64,000 nucleotides of DNA from a virus. The stretch's first letter is position 1, and the number at the start of each line of letters is the position of its first letter. The translations under genes and the position numbers were made by a program. The DNA lies in IMG/VR virus record IMGVR_UViG_3300042465_004012, positions 14,000 to 77,999 of that record. One strand, given 5' to 3'. The notes below the pieces were generated by a model. It was not told where the DNA came from. It saw only the letters and a list, made by a program, of their open reading frames with translations, and searched no databases. Shown piece after piece: positions 1 to 9,802 of the stretch.

Positions 1-82
1 TCAGTATAGTGAAAGAGATACATGGGATCTTATCCCAAAATTTAATACAGGAACCCTTAGGAAATTTTTCTCGGAGTGAACA

Positions 83-1363
83 ATGCATAAAATTACACTG
101 TGTATGATCGTAAAAAACGAATCGCATATTATTAAAGAATGTTTGGAGTCAGTTGCAAAGTATATTGATTATTATGTAATCTGTGATACTGGATCAACTG
201 ATGAGACCAAGACTATTATTAAAGAGTATTTTGATTCAGTCAATATTCCCGGCGAAATCCATGATCACGAATGGGTTGATTTCGGATTTAATAGAACAAA
301 AGCATTTGACCAATGCCGTGGAAAGACGAAGTGGGTCTTGATGATTGATGCTGATGATTATATTGAAGGTAATATGCCTACAAACTTCGATGATACAATT
401 GATGGTTATTCCGTCAATATCATGAGAGGTAATTTTCAGTGGAAGCGTGTTCAAATTTTTAATCTTAATAATAAGCACTGGAAATACGAAGAACCAATTC
501 ACGAATACCCAATTGCTGAACTTCCAATGAATGTACATCACTTAAATGGTGAATATGCATTCCAAGTTCGCACAGCAGGATATCGTACAATTTCTTGTGC
601 AACTCAACAAGAAAAATATTGGAAAGATTATCTTCTATTAGAAGCAGCGTTACTTAAAGATCCAACATCTTTACGTAAACAATTCTATCTAGCACAATCA
701 GCATTTGATTGCCAAAAGTTTGATTTGGCTGAACAAGCTTACCAGAAGCGTGTTGACATGGGTGGATGGAATGAAGAAGTTTTCTTTTCTCAACTTCGTG
801 TAGCCTTTTGCAGAGAACTGCAAGGTAAACCTGTTGAAGAAGTTGCAGATGCTTTTCTGAAGTCATGGGAAATTAGACCATCAAGAGCAGAACCTCTTTA
901 TCATCTATCTTGTGTCTATCGAAAACACGGAAGACCAGCCCCAGCATTTATGGCTGCTGTTCAAGCGTTGTCAATACCAAAACCAGAAAATGATATTTTG
1001 TTTGTAGATGCTGATCCATATGTATGGGGAATTTTAGATGAAATTACTTCTACTGCACACAGTGTAGGTAAATTTCATTTAGGATTACAGGCTGCAGATA
1101 GACTGTTAAACGAAAGTCTGATTCCACCGGATCAAATTGAAAGAATTCAAAAGAATCGGCAAGCCTATTACAATAAAGTTATAGAGATTCAGGCACACAT
1201 TGCTGAACAAAATAAAGTAAAACTTGAAGCGCAAGCTAAAGTAGATACTAAAGTTATTCCATCTACAACATTGAGTTTGACAAAACCAACTGTAAGTATG
1301 TCACCTCCAACAAAAGTATATGGACAAGAACATAAATTCAAGAAAAAGAGAGTTAAAAAATAG
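83..1363 (+). CDS. GT2-family glycosyltransferase with C-terminal TPR repeats
   Basis: LCMIVKNE, ICDTGSTD, DFGFNR, IDADD (DxD) and IHE motifs; TPR-like helices (FYLAQS, PSRAEPLY). Confidence 0.85.
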   Translation: MHKITLCMIVKNESHIIKECLESVAKYIDYYVICDTGSTDETKTIIKEYFDSVNIPGEIHDHEWVDFGFNRTKAFDQCRGKTKWVLMIDADDYIEGNMPTNFDDTIDGYSVNIMRGNFQWKRVQIFNLNNKHWKYEEPIHEYPIAELPMNVHHLNGEYAFQVRTAGYRTISCATQQEKYWKDYLLLEAALLKDPTSLRKQFYLAQSAFDCQKFDLAEQAYQKRVDMGGWNEEVFFSQLRVAFCRELQGKPVEEVADAFLKSWEIRPSRAEPLYHLSCVYRKHGRPAPAFMAAVQALSIPKPENDILFVDADPYVWGILDEITSTAHSVGKFHLGLQAADRLLNESLIPPDQIERIQKNRQAYYNKVIEIQAHIAEQNKVKLEAQAKVDTKVIPSTTLSLTKPTVSMSPPTKVYGQEHKFKKKRVKK

Positions 1364-1407
1364 TATCTAGTACAATCTAAATATTATACTAAGCCATACA
1401 TTTATGT

Positions 1408-3447
1408 ATGGCTAGTTCTTTTAATACCATGTATGATATATCTAAATCTCTTAAGTTAATAAAAGATCACCCATTACTTTTGATGGGTGCTACTTATTAT
1501 ATTACCGAGAGTAATTCAAACGCAAAGATAATCAAAGTTGGTTCAGGTATTACAAAACTTTATATTCGTGATGAATATGGAGAGAATTATTTACTTGAAG
1601 GTAATGCAAACAGAATTAAAGAATTGTTTCAAGCAATTATGTTGTTTGAAAATATGGAAGGTGAAATTTACAAACTCAAGAGACCAATTGGTTCACTACA
1701 CCAAAATGTTCTTATTAAAGAAATTTCTGCTATTACAGCAGATGAAAATATCTATGTTGGTGGTGGAGTCACAGAACGTTACTTTATTGAAAAAAATAAT
1801 AATAAAGTTATTAAGTTTATTGGAAATTCTACACAAATCAAATATTTGTTTGAAAAAGTAGAACCACTTGTAGAACACAAAATTACTCCAGTCAAAATTA
1901 TTGAAAAACCTGTTGTTCGTCTTGTTGAAAAAACTATTCTACGAGAAACTATTCCTCAAATTGGATCACAAGGTGAAATGGGTCCAACGGGTATTATTGG
2001 TGCTCGTGGTGAAAAGGGAGACACCGGAGAAAAAGGAGATAAAGGTGACCAAGGAAACAAAGGCGATCAAGGAGAAATTGGACCCGTTGGTGAAATTGGT
2101 CCACCTGGTATACAAGGTGTTCAAGGAATACAAGGTCCACATGGACAAGATGGTAGTATCGGTCCTCAAGGTGATGTTGGACCTCAAGGACTGGTTGGTC
2201 CTCAAGGTATCCAAGGTAAACCAGGATCGAATGGACAGAATGGCAAAGATGGAATCCAGGGCGCGATTGGACCTCAAGGTCCGATGGGCGAAAAAGGAGA
2301 TCGCGGAGAGAAAGGCGAAAAGGGAGATCGAGGCCAAAATGGAAATCAAGGAATCTCAGGAGTCGCCGGTGCCGTTGGTCAAAAAGGCGAGAAGGGTGAC
2401 AAAGGAGATAAAGGAGATATAGGAGTATCCCCTGTTATAACAGCTGAATATCCTGTTATATTAAAAGAAGGAAAAATTTCTTTTGATGCTCAAAAGTTGA
2501 CTTCTTTACTTGATCAATTTAAAAATCAAGATATACAAAAAGCCATTGATAGTTTTGCAAAAACTGCTACACCTGGTGGGGGTGGTTTGGGTATTCTATT
2601 CTTAGGATCCAGAGTTTTAAAATCAGTTAATGATATTAATTTTACTGGTAGTGGTGTTACCGTTATACAACGTGGTAAGGGTGTAGAAGTAAATATTTCT
2701 GGTGGTGGTGGTGGTGGAGATGTAAACCAATTGATTGCTGGTGCAGGAATTACTTTAAGTCCTCCCGGTGGCACTGGTAGCGTTACAATTACTAATCTGC
2801 TTTCATTAAAAGCAGTTCCAGGTGCAATTCAATTTGCTAATGATGATGTTAATGATTTGGCAGCAAATCAGTATTTAAAATTTGATGTTAATAATACAAC
2901 TTTAGAAGTACCTTCAATTTTAAAATTAACTGGAGTAAGTAGTTTACCAGCATATATTGAATTTAAAAATGGTACATTACAAGAGACTGCACCAAATACT
3001 TTTACATATGGTGTAACTGCAGCAGCCGGATTCACTCAGGGTGATCGGTGGATGTCTTCCGATACTGGTATTGAATATGTGTATGTTAATGATGGCAATA
3101 GTCCACAGTGGGTTCAGCCAACTAATACAAGCAGCAATTCTACTCCAGTTTCAATTTTAGGAACAGTTGGTGTCACGGGAGCAACTTATACAGCATCTGT
3201 GGTTGATTATTATATTGGTGTTAGTTATGCAGGACCAGTTACAGTAACACTTCCAGTTGCTCCAGAAACTGGAAGAGAAATTGTTGTTAAAGATGAATCT
3301 GGTAATGCGGGTAATGGAGTTACACGTCAGATTACAATAGTTGGTGCAACATCTGCACACAAGATAGATAATCAAAGTTCAGCAATAATTAATTTAGACA
3401 ATGCAGCACTGCATTTTCTTTATAGAAACGGATGGAGAATAATATGA
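1408..3447 (+). CDS. Collagen-like (Gly-X-Y) virion fibre protein
   Basis: Long GxY run (GEKGDKGDQ, GPQG); C-terminal GDRW..DTG..YVY.DG..WV module; CTAAATA late promoter upstream. Confidence 0.75.
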   Translation: MASSFNTMYDISKSLKLIKDHPLLLMGATYYITESNSNAKIIKVGSGITKLYIRDEYGENYLLEGNANRIKELFQAIMLFENMEGEIYKLKRPIGSLHQNVLIKEISAITADENIYVGGGVTERYFIEKNNNKVIKFIGNSTQIKYLFEKVEPLVEHKITPVKIIEKPVVRLVEKTILRETIPQIGSQGEMGPTGIIGARGEKGDTGEKGDKGDQGNKGDQGEIGPVGEIGPPGIQGVQGIQGPHGQDGSIGPQGDVGPQGLVGPQGIQGKPGSNGQNGKDGIQGAIGPQGPMGEKGDRGEKGEKGDRGQNGNQGISGVAGAVGQKGEKGDKGDKGDIGVSPVITAEYPVILKEGKISFDAQKLTSLLDQFKNQDIQKAIDSFAKTATPGGGGLGILFLGSRVLKSVNDINFTGSGVTVIQRGKGVEVNISGGGGGGDVNQLIAGAGITLSPPGGTGSVTITNLLSLKAVPGAIQFANDDVNDLAANQYLKFDVNNTTLEVPSILKLTGVSSLPAYIEFKNGTLQETAPNTFTYGVTAAAGFTQGDRWMSSDTGIEYVYVNDGNSPQWVQPTNTSSNSTPVSILGTVGVTGATYTASVVDYYIGVSYAGPVTVTLPVAPETGREIVVKDESGNAGNGVTRQITIVGATSAHKIDNQSSAIINLDNAALHFLYRNGWRII

Positions 3448-4679
3448 GTTACTTATTTAATGATACTGTTGGGTTCAAAGCAGATGCAGTGGATGCATTT
3501 AATCGTCTTAAAGTTGCTAACCCATTCACAATCTTTGACAGTCAAAATAGATATCAACCCAATGACAAATGGGATTCCTTTGGTGTCACAGGTGGTACAT
3601 ATTCTTATGCAATTACTGAAAGCGCACTAAACTTAATTGTTGGAACTACATTGGGTTCAAAATTTTCAAGAGAGACTAAAAGAGTATTTCCATACCAGCC
3701 TGGTAAATCTCTTTTGGTTCTAAACACATTTGCATTTAATCAACCAAAAGAAGGACTAAGACAAAGAATTGGATACTTCGGGCTTACTGGTGGTGCAACT
3801 TCTGGTGTTCCATATAATGGTGTATATCTTCAACAAAGTGGTCTGACATTAAGTATCGTAATGTCATCAGCATCATTAAATACCACAACTACAGTAAATC
3901 AAGCAGACTGGAACGGAGATAAGTTTAATGGAACTGGTGCTTCTGGACGTAACTTAGATGTTTCAAAAGCAAATATTTTATGGATGGATTTTGAATGGCT
4001 TGGTGTAGGTGATGTTCGTACAGGTTTCTTTGTTGATGGTAAACCTGTAATAGCACACACATTCCATAATGATAATATAAACACAACGACTTATATGACC
4101 ACAGCATGTCTTCCAATTCGTTATGAACTTGAGAATTTAACAGGTCAAACAGGAAGCAGTCAAGTAAAACAAATTTGTTCTTCTGTTATTTCAGATGGTG
4201 GATATGAAGGTTTTAGCAGAAGGCATAACGTAACTCATAGTGGGTATTTAGCACATACATTGCCTACTCCAGGAGTATTGTATCCATTAATTGCTTTGAG
4301 ACTTAATTCTAGTAGACTCGATTCTATTATTATTCCATCAAATGTTTCTACAGCATTAGAACAAACTGGATCAAATAAACCAAACACGGTGCAATATAGA
4401 ATTCTACTAAATCCTACATTAACAGGAAATACTTGGACAACACATTATAGTGGAAATGTTGATTATAATATTACTGCTACAGGAGTTACTGGTGGAACTG
4501 ATATTGTTGGTGGGTACATTACCAGTGATGGAGCATTTACTATTGGTGAGGTAAATAGTTTTAATTTTCAATTAGGTAGAACTCAAGCAGGAGTCAGTGA
4601 TATTATCTGTCTAGTTTTTATTCCCATTAATGCCAATTCCAACGTTTTCTCAGATTTTTCATGGTATGAAATCATCTAA
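3444..4679 (+). CDS. Virion structural protein, beta-sandwich (DAFNRL...YQPGK family)
   Basis: DAFNRLKV, YQPGKS, WLGVG and LPIRYE motifs seen in phage structural proteins; ATGA overlap with the previous stop. Confidence 0.6.
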   Translation: MSYLFNDTVGFKADAVDAFNRLKVANPFTIFDSQNRYQPNDKWDSFGVTGGTYSYAITESALNLIVGTTLGSKFSRETKRVFPYQPGKSLLVLNTFAFNQPKEGLRQRIGYFGLTGGATSGVPYNGVYLQQSGLTLSIVMSSASLNTTTTVNQADWNGDKFNGTGASGRNLDVSKANILWMDFEWLGVGDVRTGFFVDGKPVIAHTFHNDNINTTTYMTTACLPIRYELENLTGQTGSSQVKQICSSVISDGGYEGFSRRHNVTHSGYLAHTLPTPGVLYPLIALRLNSSRLDSIIIPSNVSTALEQTGSNKPNTVQYRILLNPTLTGNTWTTHYSGNVDYNITATGVTGGTDIVGGYITSDGAFTIGEVNSFNFQLGRTQAGVSDIICLVFIPINANSNVFSDFSWYEII

Positions 4680-4689
4680 GTATTAACAC

Positions 4690-5763
4690 ATGGCACTAGA
4701 TTTCCCTACATCACCAGCACTGAATGAAATATACACTTCTGGTGTTTTTTCATGGAAATGGAATGGTAGTGCTTGGAATGTTTATAACACGACTACCGCC
4801 ACTATCGGAGCTACCGGAGCTACCGGTCCTCAAGGTAATACTGGTGGTACTGGTCCTCAAGGTATTCAAGGTAATACTGGTGCAACTGGTAACACGGGTG
4901 CTACCGGTCCTCAAGGTAATACTGGTGCTACTGGTCCTCAAGGTAATACTGGTACCAATGGAACAATTGGTATAAATGGTAACACTGGTGCTACTGGTCC
5001 AACAGGTCCTCAAGGTATCTCAGGTGCAATAAGTTTCACCTCATCAACCACAGCACCAGCAGGAGCCACATACGGTGATATGTGGTTCAACACCACAAGC
5101 GGAAATATATTTGTTTATATTACAGACGGAACATCTTCCTATTGGGTTGAACCATTTGGTCCTCAAGGAGCAACTGGTGCGGCAGGGATTGGTGATGCAA
5201 ATGGAGCAACTGGTCCTCAAGGTAACACAGGAGCAACTGGTCCTCAAGGTGCAACAGGATCGCAAGGTGCAACAGGTGCTACTGGTGCAACGGGTTCTCA
5301 AGGTGCAACTGGTCCTCAAGGTGCAACAGGTGCTACTGGTGCAACGGGTTCTCAAGGTGCAACTGGTCCTCAAGGTGCAACAGGTGCTACTGGTGCAACG
5401 GGTTCTCAAGGTGCAACTGGTCCTCAAGGTGCAACAGGATCGCAAGGTGCAACGGGTTCTCAAGGTGCAACAGGTGCTACTGGTGCAACGGGTTCTCAAG
5501 GTGCAACTGGTCCTCAAGGTGCAACAGGATCGCAAGGCAACACAGGTGATACTGGTTCAACAGGACCGCAAGGCAACACGGGTGCAACTGGTTCAACAGG
5601 ACCGCAAGGCAACACGGGTGCAACTGGTCCTCAGGGTGTAACAGGTGCTACTGGTCCTCAAGGTGCGACTGGTCCTGTTGGAGACTATGTAATCTCAGTC
5701 AACGGTATGACAGGAGCAGTTCAATACATCACGGACTTCAAGAGAGGATGGTTCATGTTATGA
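4690..5763 (+). CDS. Collagen-like fibre protein (GAT/GPQ/GNT repeats)
   Basis: N-terminal [15 protein letters not shown] module, GxT repeats, [10 protein letters not shown]-terminal motif. Confidence 0.75.
   Translation: MALDFPTSPALNEIYTSGVFSWKWNGSAWNVYNTTTATIGATGATGPQGNTGGTGPQGIQGNTGATGNTGATGPQGNTGATGPQGNTGTNGTIGINGNTGATGPTGPQGISGAISFTSSTTAPAGATYGDMWFNTTSGNIFVYITDGTSSYWVEPFGPQGATGAAGIGDANGATGPQGNTGATGPQGATGSQGATGATGATGSQGATGPQGATGATGATGSQGATGPQGATGATGATGSQGATGPQGATGSQGATGSQGATGATGATGSQGATGPQGATGSQGNTGDTGSTGPQGNTGATGSTGPQGNTGATGPQGVTGATGPQGATGPVGDYVISVNGMTGAVQYITDFKRGWFML
5266..5535 (+). repeat. 54-bp tandem repeat units encoding [18 protein letters not shown]
   Basis: ggtgcaacaggtgctactggtgcaacgggttctcaaggtgcaactggtcctcaa repeated in tandem, with variant units. 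Confidence 0.85.
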
Positions 5764-6647
5764 GGCGATGGAGACTCAATTCAGGATACTGCGGCAACAC
5801 AGACCAACGCCGTACCACAGCAGGAACAATTCCTGCTATGAAGCATTACATGGAGAGGGATTTGGGGTTGTTTAGCACGCTTTGGACTCCCCAACAAATC
5901 TCAACAGTATTTTGGTTGGATGCTGCACAATCTTCAACCCTCACAATTTCTACAGGTGTTTCCACATGGGCTGATAGAAAAGGTGGTGGAGTAAATGCTG
6001 TGCAAGCAACATCAGCAAATCAACCAGCATACTCTGCAACCGCCTTTCCTGGTTCATTGCCTGGAGTTTTGTTTGATGGTTCCAACGATGCTATGGATAT
6101 TTCCACCACAGCAATGCAAAATCAAACACACGGAGTGTATTGGGTATGGTCAAGAAGTGGAGCAGGAAGTGTTGGTGATGCCTATAAACCATCAATAGGC
6201 GTTTTGGCTTCAGCAGGACAAGGAACAGATCGTGGAGCCTTACACTATGTAAAAAACACTAATAATTTTGGTGCTTGCTATCCATATTACCAAGGGGCTG
6301 CATTAGCAAATTATGATTTGAGTAGCGGAACTGCATATTCCAATAATGTTGGTAACATAATGGCATTTCAAAGCAATACCACGGGATGGGGTGTGTGGAG
6401 AAACGGAACCTTGGAAAGCACCACTAACACTATTGCAACACCAGACAACACCAATGTTGGTTATTCATTAGCAAGACAATATACTGTCAATAGAGCATCC
6501 AACATAGTAATTGCAGAGGTCATAATGGTGCAATCTACAAACACCACGACCAGACAACTCATTGAAGGCTATCTTGCATGGAAATGGGGACTGCAAGGCA
6601 GTCTTCCTGTGGGTCATCCGTATCTAAACTCAGCACCAACAGCATAA
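5760..6647 (+). CDS. ConA/LamG-like putative receptor-binding protein
   Basis: [32 protein letters not shown] motifs; ATGA overlap. Confidence 0.7.
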   Translation: MRRWRLNSGYCGNTDQRRTTAGTIPAMKHYMERDLGLFSTLWTPQQISTVFWLDAAQSSTLTISTGVSTWADRKGGGVNAVQATSANQPAYSATAFPGSLPGVLFDGSNDAMDISTTAMQNQTHGVYWVWSRSGAGSVGDAYKPSIGVLASAGQGTDRGALHYVKNTNNFGACYPYYQGAALANYDLSSGTAYSNNVGNIMAFQSNTTGWGVWRNGTLESTTNTIATPDNTNVGYSLARQYTVNRASNIVIAEVIMVQSTNTTTRQLIEGYLAWKWGLQGSLPVGHPYLNSAPTA

Positions 6648-6652
6648 ACACC

Positions 6653-7600
6653 ATGCCCATACAATTTCCAACATCTCCGTCAGTAAACCAAGAATACACC
6701 TACGAAGGAAAGGTGTGGGCATGGGATGGTTCTTCATGGGTTGGTGTGCGTCAAGAAACAGGAATACAAAAGAGCAACATATGGTCAAAGCAGAACTTGC
6801 TTGTTCCGAATCGCAAGTTTGGTTTGAATTCAGGATACTGTGGCAACACAGATCAACGCCGTACAAAGGCAGGAACCATTCCTGCTCTGAAGCATTACAT
6901 GGAGAGAGATTTAGGGATGTTCTTTACCTCAAGTGATGATTATTACAATTTTGTTACTCTTTTGCTTCATTGCGATGGAGCCAACAACAGCACCACAATT
7001 ACCGATAGTAGTTCATCACAAGTAACCGTAACTGCTCAAGATAATGCAAAAATCAGCACCGCACAAAGTAAGTTTGGCGGATCGTCTTTGCTGCTAGATG
7101 GCACAGGAGATTTTGGTCTAATCAATACTCAAATGACCAACTTTGAATATTCTGGTGATTTTACAATTGAGGGTTGGTGGCGGTTTAATGCGAACAATGT
7201 GGGCTATCAGGGTCTTATTGGTTCAGCAGTAGGTGGAGATCAAACAGGTTGGGCTTTGATTGCCGAAACCAATAACACATTGAATTTTTATGGATCTAGC
7301 ACAACTTCTTGGAATACTATTGTAACTTCTACTCAGGTTCCCACAATAAACACTTGGCATCACATTGCTGTTTGTCGTTCAGGAAGCACAGTTCGTTTAT
7401 TTTACAACGGCACACAAATTGGGTCATCAACATCGTCCAATTTCATTCGTTCTGGAACCTCATTACGAGTCGGTGGCTATCAATTTTTTCCAGGCGGTGC
7501 GAGAAGTTTCAATGGTTATATTGACGAACTTCGGATTACCAAAGGATTTGCCAGATACACAGCCAACTTTACGCCGCCAACACAAGCATCAACACCATAA
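6653..7600 (+). CDS. LamG domain putative receptor-binding protein
   Basis: LLLHCDG, SKFGGSSL, DFTIEGW, WHHIAV, FNGYIDELRITKG.ARYTANFTPP; MPIQFPTSP N-module. Confidence 0.8.
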   Translation: MPIQFPTSPSVNQEYTYEGKVWAWDGSSWVGVRQETGIQKSNIWSKQNLLVPNRKFGLNSGYCGNTDQRRTKAGTIPALKHYMERDLGMFFTSSDDYYNFVTLLLHCDGANNSTTITDSSSSQVTVTAQDNAKISTAQSKFGGSSLLLDGTGDFGLINTQMTNFEYSGDFTIEGWWRFNANNVGYQGLIGSAVGGDQTGWALIAETNNTLNFYGSSTTSWNTIVTSTQVPTINTWHHIAVCRSGSTVRLFYNGTQIGSSTSSNFIRSGTSLRVGGYQFFPGGARSFNGYIDELRITKGFARYTANFTPPTQASTP

Positions 7601-7621
7601 ATATCATAGAAGGAACATCGT

Positions 7622-7945
7622 ATGCCAGACATATACACAAATTACGCCACATCCATCACAGGCTCAACAGCAGCCACTACGATCTATGCGGGAATCACAG
7701 GAACCGCAATCGTGAACGGCATTCACATTGCCAACAGCAATACAACTGTAGCAAACTCCGTGTCCGTGCAACTCTTCAAGGGCGCAACGGGATATTTTAT
7801 TGTTCGTGGTGCTGCGGTTCCCATTCAGTCCACCTATCAGGCATTGGATACTCCCATTCCTCTCACAACGGGAGACAGTCTGAGAGCCACACAGGGAACA
7901 ACCGCAGGATTGGACATCATCGTATCAGTATTGGAGTCAACATAA
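7622..7945 (+). CDS. Small virion structural protein
   Basis: Beta-rich, ends L.TGDSL..DIIVSVLE; CATAAATA and AAGGAA upstream. Confidence 0.55.
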   Translation: MPDIYTNYATSITGSTAATTIYAGITGTAIVNGIHIANSNTTVANSVSVQLFKGATGYFIVRGAAVPIQSTYQALDTPIPLTTGDSLRATQGTTAGLDIIVSVLEST

Positions 7946-8247
7946 TGGCACTACAACAAATTATTCAACATCCAACAGGAACCTATTCGCAATATTGGAA
8001 GATTCGTACTCTGAATCTGAATCATACCGCCAAGACAGGTACAGTTATTTTAGATGGATATGTTTCTGAACAAGCAAGAATAGACAATAAGATTCCTCTT
8101 GATGAAAGAACCATCAATGTGTTTGATTTTGATGTGTGGTTTGCACCTGCTATTATTGATGTTGCGGGAATGAATGAGGTAAAATCTGCATATGAATTTA
8201 CAAAGTCTATTCCGAATGGTGAATTTGTTGGATCAACAGACGTTTAA
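7945..8247 (+). CDS. Putative tail-fibre assembly/chaperone protein, paralog of 17262..17579
   Basis: MALQ..YWK..LDGYV..AYE..EF.G..DV shared with 17262. Confidence 0.5.
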   Translation: MALQQIIQHPTGTYSQYWKIRTLNLNHTAKTGTVILDGYVSEQARIDNKIPLDERTINVFDFDVWFAPAIIDVAGMNEVKSAYEFTKSIPNGEFVGSTDV

Positions 8248-8268
8248 ATCTGACATAAATATTAGAAC

Positions 8269-9144
8269 GTGGCAATAGATTTTCCTTCATCACCAGCACT
8301 GTACCAAATTTATGTATTTGGTGGTCGTTCATGGCAATGGAACGGTATTGCTTGGGATATTTACAGTACTGTAAGTGGTGATGTTGTAACAACCCTTAAT
8401 GGTTTAACTGGTGGCGTAAGTCTTGCTGCTGGGTCAAATGTTACTTTAACTCCAGTTGGCAATACTATTACTATTGCATCTTCTGGAGGTGGTGGCGGTG
8501 GTGGTGGAACATATTTTAATTTTACTGAAGGTATTACCGTTGCAGCTGGTCCTACGGCTGGTGATAGATGGTTTGATACAAATACAGGAAAATTATTCAC
8601 TGCAATAACTGATGGTGCTTCTCGTATTTGGATTGAATTTGGTGCTGGTTCTCAGGGTATTGCGGGTGCTACTGGGTCTATTGGTGCTACTGGAGCAACA
8701 GGTCCTCAAGGTGCTACTGGGTCTATTGGTCCTACTGGGTCTATTGGTGCTACTGGAGCAACAGGTCCTCAAGGTAATACTGGGTCTATTGGTGCTACTG
8801 GGTCTATTGGTGCTACTGGGTCTATTGGTGCTACTGGAGCAACAGGTCCTCAAGGTAATACTGGGTCTCAAGGTAATACTGGGTCTATTGGTGCTACTGG
8901 AGCAATAGGTCCTCAAGGTAATACTGGGTCTATTGGTGCTACTGGAGCAACAGGTCCTCAAGGTAATACTGGTCCTGTTGGAGATTATGTAATCTCATTC
9001 AACGGACTCACAGGTGCTGTAAATTTTGTAGCCGGTACAAATATTACTATAACTCCAGCAGGTAATACACTCACAATTGCATCTTCTGGTGGCGGTGGTG
9101 GGGTAGATGCTGCCTTTGTGATTGCGATGGCAACTGTGCTATAA
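8269..9144 (+). CDS. Collagen-like fibre protein
   Basis: GTG start 7 nt after CATAAATA; MAIDFPSSP module; GSI/GAT/GPQ repeats. Confidence 0.75.
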   Translation: MAIDFPSSPALYQIYVFGGRSWQWNGIAWDIYSTVSGDVVTTLNGLTGGVSLAAGSNVTLTPVGNTITIASSGGGGGGGGTYFNFTEGITVAAGPTAGDRWFDTNTGKLFTAITDGASRIWIEFGAGSQGIAGATGSIGATGATGPQGATGSIGPTGSIGATGATGPQGNTGSIGATGSIGATGSIGATGATGPQGNTGSQGNTGSIGATGAIGPQGNTGSIGATGATGPQGNTGPVGDYVISFNGLTGAVNFVAGTNITITPAGNTLTIASSGGGGGVDAAFVIAMATVL

Positions 9145-9160
9145 ATAGAGAGGAACACAA

Positions 9161-9790
9161 ATGAAAAGATTAGTCGGAACAGATATAGTAGGTGGATACA
9201 TCTTTGATCCAGCAGCCAAGACCGTAACTTTTACAGGTCTTCAATATACTATTACATTAGCCAATATTCTTCTTATTACCAATACCACTGCAAACACAAT
9301 AATTTATAATTTTGCTGATTCAACAAATGGTGCAGTAAGTTTTGCTAACAATGTATTGACTTTAGATTATAATTCAGTCTCCATGAATGCAACTGATGCA
9401 TTGCAAATTTACATTGATGTTGAAAGTTATGAAGAAAGCCTAGCAACACTTCTTCGCCGCATGAATAAATTGCTCGAAAGCAATGCTGTTGTAGATAGCA
9501 AACTTCGACAAAGAGTTACGATTGAAGCAATTGGTGCAAACAATTCATCCAACCCAACTGAACTTAATACAACTATTCCTGTTTCGGGAACAGTTACCGC
9601 CACAGCCAATGTGAACAATGCTGTAACCGCTACAACATTCAACAACTCAGCAGTAAATCCATATACTCTATCGACATCACAGGCAGTAGGATTGGTTTCA
9701 GAAGGTCCAGTACATCAATTATGGCGTGTAGCCAATGACGCTCAAGCCTGTTATGCATCCGCAATTCGATCTAAACTTTCATTTACATAA
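9161..9790 (+). CDS. Virion structural protein
   Basis: Y.FDPAAKTVTF, LLITNTT..IIYNFAD motif; TATAAATA at 9140-9147 and AGGA SD. Confidence 0.6.
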   Translation: MKRLVGTDIVGGYIFDPAAKTVTFTGLQYTITLANILLITNTTANTIIYNFADSTNGAVSFANNVLTLDYNSVSMNATDALQIYIDVESYEESLATLLRRMNKLLESNAVVDSKLRQRVTIEAIGANNSSNPTELNTTIPVSGTVTATANVNNAVTATTFNNSAVNPYTLSTSQAVGLVSEGPVHQLWRVANDAQACYASAIRSKLSFT

Positions 9791-9802
9791 TTAAGGAAAT
9801 AT

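Noticed and set aside
5778-6921. Possible DGR template/variable repeat pair
   Set aside because: Differences are mostly synonymous and not adenine-specific; both copies are N-terminal coding sequence; no reverse transcriptase in the window
1901-8961. Alternate-frame and antisense ORFs over the collagen-like genes
   Set aside because: By-products of stop-free Gly-X-Y repeats; no promoter, SD or plausible protein
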